64,000 bases of DNA, from positions 128,001 to 192,000 of IMG/VR virus record IMGVR_UViG_3300015615_000629. One strand, 5' to 3'. Position numbers and translations under genes: made by a program. This DNA comes from a virus. Taxonomy: Duplodnaviria > Heunggongvirae > Uroviricota > Caudoviricetes. The notes below the pieces were generated by a model. That model was not told the DNA's origin. It saw only the letters and a list, made by a program, of their open reading frames with translations, and ran no database searches. Positions 59,398 to 64,000 of the stretch are shown here, piece by piece. The number at the start of each line of letters is the position of its first letter. Position 1 is the stretch's first letter.

Positions 59398-61992
59398 TCA
59401 TGCTGGTAATACTATTTCCGGAAATCTCAATTTCATTTGTTTGCCGCCCCGAGCAGGACTAAGAAACCTTGAGAATAGCAGATCATGCTTGATTGGGTCA
59501 ACATCAGTTATTCCAAGACAATAGTTGACAAGGGAGCCCCCGCCCGAATTATGAACCAAGAACGAATTTGTCAAATAATTACTATTATTTTCCACCGATA
59601 TATCATAAACACGTTTCACTCCTTTAATTTTAGATTTTTTCCTAACGCGGACAAGCAAACCACCTTCTATATTCCTGTAAACGTTTTTTACGTGTGATTG
59701 TCGAGAAGATATTTCTTCAACATTTGGTACATCTATAACAGAGCCAACAGAACGAGTTCCGCTTCTTTTGTCGATTCTGTCATAGTGGGCATTTGAAGCA
59801 GGGATATTTAATTGCCAACACAAAAATCTAACTTGATCAGCCAACATTTTAGAACTAGTAGAAAAACCAGCACGAGTTGCACGAACTGTTCCGTCGCTAA
59901 GGCGATATCCTTTAAGAAAACATTTCTTACGCTCATCTGTATCCTTAAAAACAAAAGCCGGCACATGTTTTGTTTGTGAAGTATATTTATAGTGATGAAA
60001 AAATTCCTTAAACATTTTTTTAAGATAGAAGTTATAAGCATGAATTTGAATTAATTTCTTTTCTTTATGTTTTGTTTCTTTAAAATAAATTTCTAGTTCT
60101 TTTAGTTTTTTCCTTAAAAGAACTTTTCCAAAAATATCGGTTTCAGAATTGAAACAAAATCCAACACCATGATCGACCGTATTTAGTCCCGACCGCTTGT
60201 CTATTCTATCCGAACGCAACCACCCATCGCCGGCAAAAAGGCCCATTAAAATCATCCAATGGTCATCTAAATCAAAAAATCTATTTATTTTAGATACAAG
60301 TTTCCTGCGCTTTGTAATTGGATTAATTGTTTCATGATAACAGTAATCACTATCAAACCAAAATCTTCCTCCATCACAGTATTTGGATAAATCAATTATT
60401 CGATCCATTGGGTTTACTTCAATTTCAGGTCTGGGCACAAAAAGCCAATCGCCAACTTCAACATCGTTAGCCGCCAGCCACTGCAAATTGCCAGTTGGCT
60501 CTTTTATTATCTTTCTAGATTTCTTTGTACTCTCTGCCCATGTCTCGTAACTATCTGGCCGTATGACCTTTTCGCACAAAACAAGATGATCCTTTGTTAA
60601 AGTTATTCCTTTGTTATCTCCATAATTAACTTTTAAGTTAACTAAAGATTCATTTTCTATACTATAACAATGAGTTTTAGTAACTTCCTGAACGCTGCCA
60701 TCGTGAGTTATTACATTATCCCCAACTTGAACATCTTTGATGTATTTTGTAGTTCCATCAGACATCACGATTGGAGAATTTCCACCAAGACAACCTCTTG
60801 CCGCTCCCACGGCGTCATTTCCATCGCCCCAACCTAACAACTTTGGACATATCGCACGAGCCGAATCTGTCATCATCTGCTGTAACAAAAAGTAGGAAGC
60901 AAATCCTTTTCTGGTAATTAGGCTATATTCTTCTAGAACCCTGTCTAAGTATTCTCTCGTTCTGGGGAGTTGTCTTTCCTTAAATCCACGCATTATCTTA
61001 TCTTTAAAAACATCTCTTTCATCGGGAATCTGTGGGAGTTTGATGGTTCTATCAATTTTCACATTTGCGGCTTTTCGACATACTTCTACAGTGGTTTGTT
61101 TGGCTATATTAAACAAATCTAAATCTATTGTGTCTTGATAATCAGATAACCACTTAGCATTCAACTCTTCTTCGGATTTAAGCCAAAGATTTTGATCTTG
61201 CAGTTCGAATAAATCAGCAGTTGCGTCATCGTCTAGTTTCTGTTGAATTTCTGCTAATGTTTTTCTCGTTTGAATCATTAACATCAACCGCTGCATGTAG
61301 CTGTCTTCAGGGTTGGCGTAATGACAATCCTGAGTCAGAATTATTGGCAAACCATACCTTTGGTGTGCTTTTATGATAAAAGCATCATAGGGCTTTTGTT
61401 TGACGAAATCCAGCAGCATTATTTCCAGATAGAAATTTTCTCCAAACATTGCCATGTATTTTTCCAACATGGTAAATGCTTCGTCCTCACCTCCTCTGTC
61501 AAATGCTTGACCTATCTCGCTGTTGTAGCAGCAACTTGTGAAGATAATCCCTTCTTTATAAGCCATCAATTGCTGGTGATTGACTCTTGGGTGTCTGTAG
61601 AATCCTTTAGTCCAAGCCAAAGAACTTAATTTAACTAGATTGCTATAACCTTTCTCGTTGTAGGCTATAGCGAGAAGATGATAAGATTTTTTGAATCTCT
61701 TATATTCTTCGGCAGACATTTCTTTCGTGTAATCAGAACTCGTTTCACCTGTTTTTAATTCGGGTTGGAGGGGATTAACGTATAGTTCGATCCCAAATAT
61801 TGAAGATAATTTATGTTCTTCACAGCAACGTATCTGTTCCGGAATGGCGGCCATCATTCCGTGGTCGGTAATACACAAATACTGCTGATTTATCTTTTTG
61901 GCACGTTGGCAATACTCTTCCACCTGCCCGTAGCCGTCTAATAAAGAAAATGACGAGTGTAAATGAAGATGCTCAAAACCAACAATTTTCAT
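59398..61992 (-). CDS. dnaE: DNA polymerase III alpha, N-terminal (PHP) half with intein
   Basis: HLHLHSSFSLLDG, ITDHG, GIELY, DCHY; GAARG[intein]SGGGSLVNYCLGITDVDP..LLFSRFL; stops before PDIDVD. Confidence 0.92.
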   Translation of the reverse strand: MKIVGFEHLHLHSSFSLLDGYGQVEEYCQRAKKINQQYLCITDHGMMAAIPEQIRCCEEHKLSSIFGIELYVNPLQPELKTGETSSDYTKEMSAEEYKRFKKSYHLLAIAYNEKGYSNLVKLSSLAWTKGFYRHPRVNHQQLMAYKEGIIFTSCCYNSEIGQAFDRGGEDEAFTMLEKYMAMFGENFYLEIMLLDFVKQKPYDAFIIKAHQRYGLPIILTQDCHYANPEDSYMQRLMLMIQTRKTLAEIQQKLDDDATADLFELQDQNLWLKSEEELNAKWLSDYQDTIDLDLFNIAKQTTVEVCRKAANVKIDRTIKLPQIPDERDVFKDKIMRGFKERQLPRTREYLDRVLEEYSLITRKGFASYFLLQQMMTDSARAICPKLLGWGDGNDAVGAARGCLGGNSPIVMSDGTTKYIKDVQVGDNVITHDGSVQEVTKTHCYSIENESLVNLKVNYGDNKGITLTKDHLVLCEKVIRPDSYETWAESTKKSRKIIKEPTGNLQWLAANDVEVGDWLFVPRPEIEVNPMDRIIDLSKYCDGGRFWFDSDYCYHETINPITKRRKLVSKINRFFDLDDHWMILMGLFAGDGWLRSDRIDKRSGLNTVDHGVGFCFNSETDIFGKVLLRKKLKELEIYFKETKHKEKKLIQIHAYNFYLKKMFKEFFHHYKYTSQTKHVPAFVFKDTDERKKCFLKGYRLSDGTVRATRAGFSTSSKMLADQVRFLCWQLNIPASNAHYDRIDKRSGTRSVGSVIDVPNVEEISSRQSHVKNVYRNIEGGLLVRVRKKSKIKGVKRVYDISVENNSNYLTNSFLVHNSGGGSLVNYCLGITDVDPIKHDLLFSRFLSPARGGKQMKLRFPEIVLPA
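59548..60792 (-). mobile_element. intein with LAGLIDADG homing endonuclease (415 aa)
   Basis: Starts CLGGNSPI, ends VYDISVE...FLVHN with +1 Ser; LMGLFAGDG and FLKGYRLSDG motifs; inserted at the conserved RG|S site. Confidence 0.92.
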
Positions 61993-62142
61993 ATTTTTTA
62001 TCGCACCTCATTCCTCATAATTCATACTCTTTGCATAGGTGTCAACACAACGCCAGAGACAACGAGTTGCACAGGATAAAACAATCACAGAGAAAATAAT
62101 CAATAACATTAATTACCCTTATACTTCAAATACAGATAAAAA

Positions 62143-62652
62143 TCAACCGAGATAATTTCCCTCAATGTTTTTCATTCTTTCCAAAATATCTTCTTTGCAT
62201 TCCAGATACTTTATGCTGGAATTTGTTTTTACTTTTATAGATTCTTTTGTGCGGCCCAACAAGATACTTCTTATCATAACAAATTTAAATTGGGGCTGTT
62301 GCATATAGACACCATATGTCCAATGAGCATGGACAGTAACAGCCACCTTGCCGTAAAAATAATCTCCGAAGATAGTTACCTTATCATTTTGGCGAACCCA
62401 GCCAAATCCATGTTTGGTTGAAATATTAGCGCGAGTCCCCAAAATATTTTTGGCATCCTTTGCAAAAACATCTTCTGCAAGAACATTCTTTGTAATTTCT
62501 TCTAATTCCTTTTCAAAACCCTCAAAAGTTGGTTGCCCTTTTTCATCAAACTTGACAACCCTTAATCCTTCTGGATTTTCAGATTCTTCAAGATTAATGG
62601 TTGGAACAACTAAAGGCAGAGCCAGAGATTGAACAAATTCGCGGCGAAGCAT
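62143..62652 (-). CDS. hypothetical protein with Tat-like N-terminus
   Basis: MLRREFVQSLAL. Confidence 0.45.
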   Translation of the reverse strand: MLRREFVQSLALPLVVPTINLEESENPEGLRVVKFDEKGQPTFEGFEKELEEITKNVLAEDVFAKDAKNILGTRANISTKHGFGWVRQNDKVTIFGDYFYGKVAVTVHAHWTYGVYMQQPQFKFVMIRSILLGRTKESIKVKTNSSIKYLECKEDILERMKNIEGNYLG

Positions 62653-63018
62653 AAATTAACACCTTTTACGTTGGTTAGAATTCCACTTGAAAAGAATGAA
62701 AAACAAGCAAAGGGAAGGAATGGCAACAACAAATGTAGAGTTTAACATGGCTCGCCATCTCGCCAGTTCTTCAACAGTTGGCGTATTTCGCGTTGGCCAA
62801 TCACTTTGAACTTGAATATTGCTAACTATGTCCATAAGCATTATCCAAAGCAACATTCCTCCCACAAGTATCGTGCCTGCAACCAAAGCCCCTAGATTGC
62901 GTCTACATTTTATTCGCGGCCAACCACGCCGTTTATGGGGCGGAATTCGTGGTTTTTGTTTTATAGAAATTTGCGGTCTGGGCCAGAACGCAAATGGGTT
63001 CTCAGAGACTTCCATTTT

Positions 63019-63687
63019 TCACACTACGATAACTTTGGTGTAACAAGAAGAATCAATTAATTCTTGACCAAATCTAGTGAAAAACACATAGCGGCCTTTA
63101 TCGTCAGCTAGGCTTGGTTTTGTGAAAGGAATATAAGGCAGAAACCTAAAGCCGTCTTTTTGTCCTATTATAAAATGATCATCAGGATGGGTCGGATAGT
63201 GGAAAATATCTTTTCCGCTTACTGTACGATAGCCATATTTTATATCAATAACGTTAGGGTCTTTCAAATAACAACTATTTCCAATAATAAGATCACAGTC
63301 CTGTTTGAAAATGTACTTTTCCCATTGAGATTTAGAAATAATCACCTTGTTTGTTATGTTTCTTGATAATATCTCTGATATGTGAAGTATTACAAAAAAC
63401 TCATAGTTTATACCAAGAATCATACACGTTTCGAACAAAGCCATAGAATCTTGAATGGCATTCAAATCATACAAACCCGGCAGCCATCCAGGTTTTGCAT
63501 ATCTTGTTTTTCCAAAACGTGCATAAAAATGATTTTCAATAGGTTGGATTTGGCAAAGTTTGGACAACGTATTGAATCTAATATGTTTGGCGACTACATC
63601 GACCATCATTTCATTTACATTTGGAAATTTACTTCCACAGGTTCTCAGTATTTCCGCTTTTTGATTTTCGATTAGAATCTTACGCAT
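63019..63687 (-). CDS. degenerate T4 gp23/gp24 (capsid)-like protein
   Basis: LCQIQPI (cf. ICGVQPM) and GFRFLPYIPF...FFTRFG (cf. GIYYAPYVPL...FKTRYG). Confidence 0.5.
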   Translation of the reverse strand: MRKILIENQKAEILRTCGSKFPNVNEMMVDVVAKHIRFNTLSKLCQIQPIENHFYARFGKTRYAKPGWLPGLYDLNAIQDSMALFETCMILGINYEFFVILHISEILSRNITNKVIISKSQWEKYIFKQDCDLIIGNSCYLKDPNVIDIKYGYRTVSGKDIFHYPTHPDDHFIIGQKDGFRFLPYIPFTKPSLADDKGRYVFFTRFGQELIDSSCYTKVIVV

Positions 63688-64000
63688 TGTTTTAGCATAC
63701 CAAATGAAGCCAAATTGTCAATTACTCAGATTCACTTTTCACAGGCTGCTTCTGGCTGTTTTTCCATTCTTCGAATTCAGCGTTGGCCTTGTCAGCCAAA
63801 ACATCTAATTCTTTGATTTCGTGAGTGAATCTATCGTAAGTCCTTTTAAGTTCTTCCTTTAATTGCTTCTTTTGAGCAAAGATTTCAGCAATCCTAGAAG
63901 AAAAATCAATAAATTCTTGGGTAAGTAGAAAATTATTATCAGACATATCAACCTCCTTATTAATATAGTCTATTTTTAAGGATTTTACACCATCAAGCGG

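Noticed and set aside
49108-61992. Trans-splicing split intein joining the DnaE halves
   Set aside because: The only intein is a contiguous cis intein inside the N-half; neither fragment end has intein motifs
1210-63675. Many short plus-strand ORFs in the track (e.g. 14122, 18838, 25976, 38405)
   Set aside because: They are antisense shadows of well-supported minus-strand genes and carry no motifs
1-64000. CRISPR array or tRNA genes
   Set aside because: I saw no regularly spaced repeats and no convincing cloverleaf; the only tRNA-like ends belong to the tmRNA
1-64000. Alternative genetic code (stop-codon reassignment)
   Set aside because: Conserved genes such as ligA, dnaJ and phoH are full length and tightly packed in code 11

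Overview
A gene-dense, mostly minus-strand 64 kb segment of a large (probably jumbo) tailed-phage genome, read in standard code 11. Several traits are T4-like: TAAATA-type late motifs, short N-terminal 'F.E(W/F)L.E' peptides and a degenerate gp23-like gene. A dockerin/PEP-CTERM exoprotein suggests a Planctomycetota host (inference). The standout is a complete prokaryotic ubiquitin-like conjugation module related to the PRTRC/Prok-E2 class: E2-like (15079-15852), JAB/MPN+ peptidase (14104-15069), ThiF/E1 (13376-14068) and a Ubl ending in GTKG-A (12960-13304). Six more divergent E2-like genes, all keeping the candidate catalytic Cys, are scattered over about 42 kb. Replication and nucleotide genes include a DnaE split into two genes about 7.8 kb apart (N-half with a LAGLIDADG intein), LigA, dUTPase and a MazG-like protein. 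Translation-related genes include tmRNA, Pth2, IF3, bS21, peptide deformylase and a RimI-like GNAT. Also present are DksA, two sigma-like genes, DnaJ, GroES, thioredoxin, PhoH, a TPP-dependent decarboxylase, TnpB, HNH endonucleases, two ART-like proteins and an unassigned ~150-nt structured RNA candidate. All assignments come from reading motifs by eye; no database searches were run.
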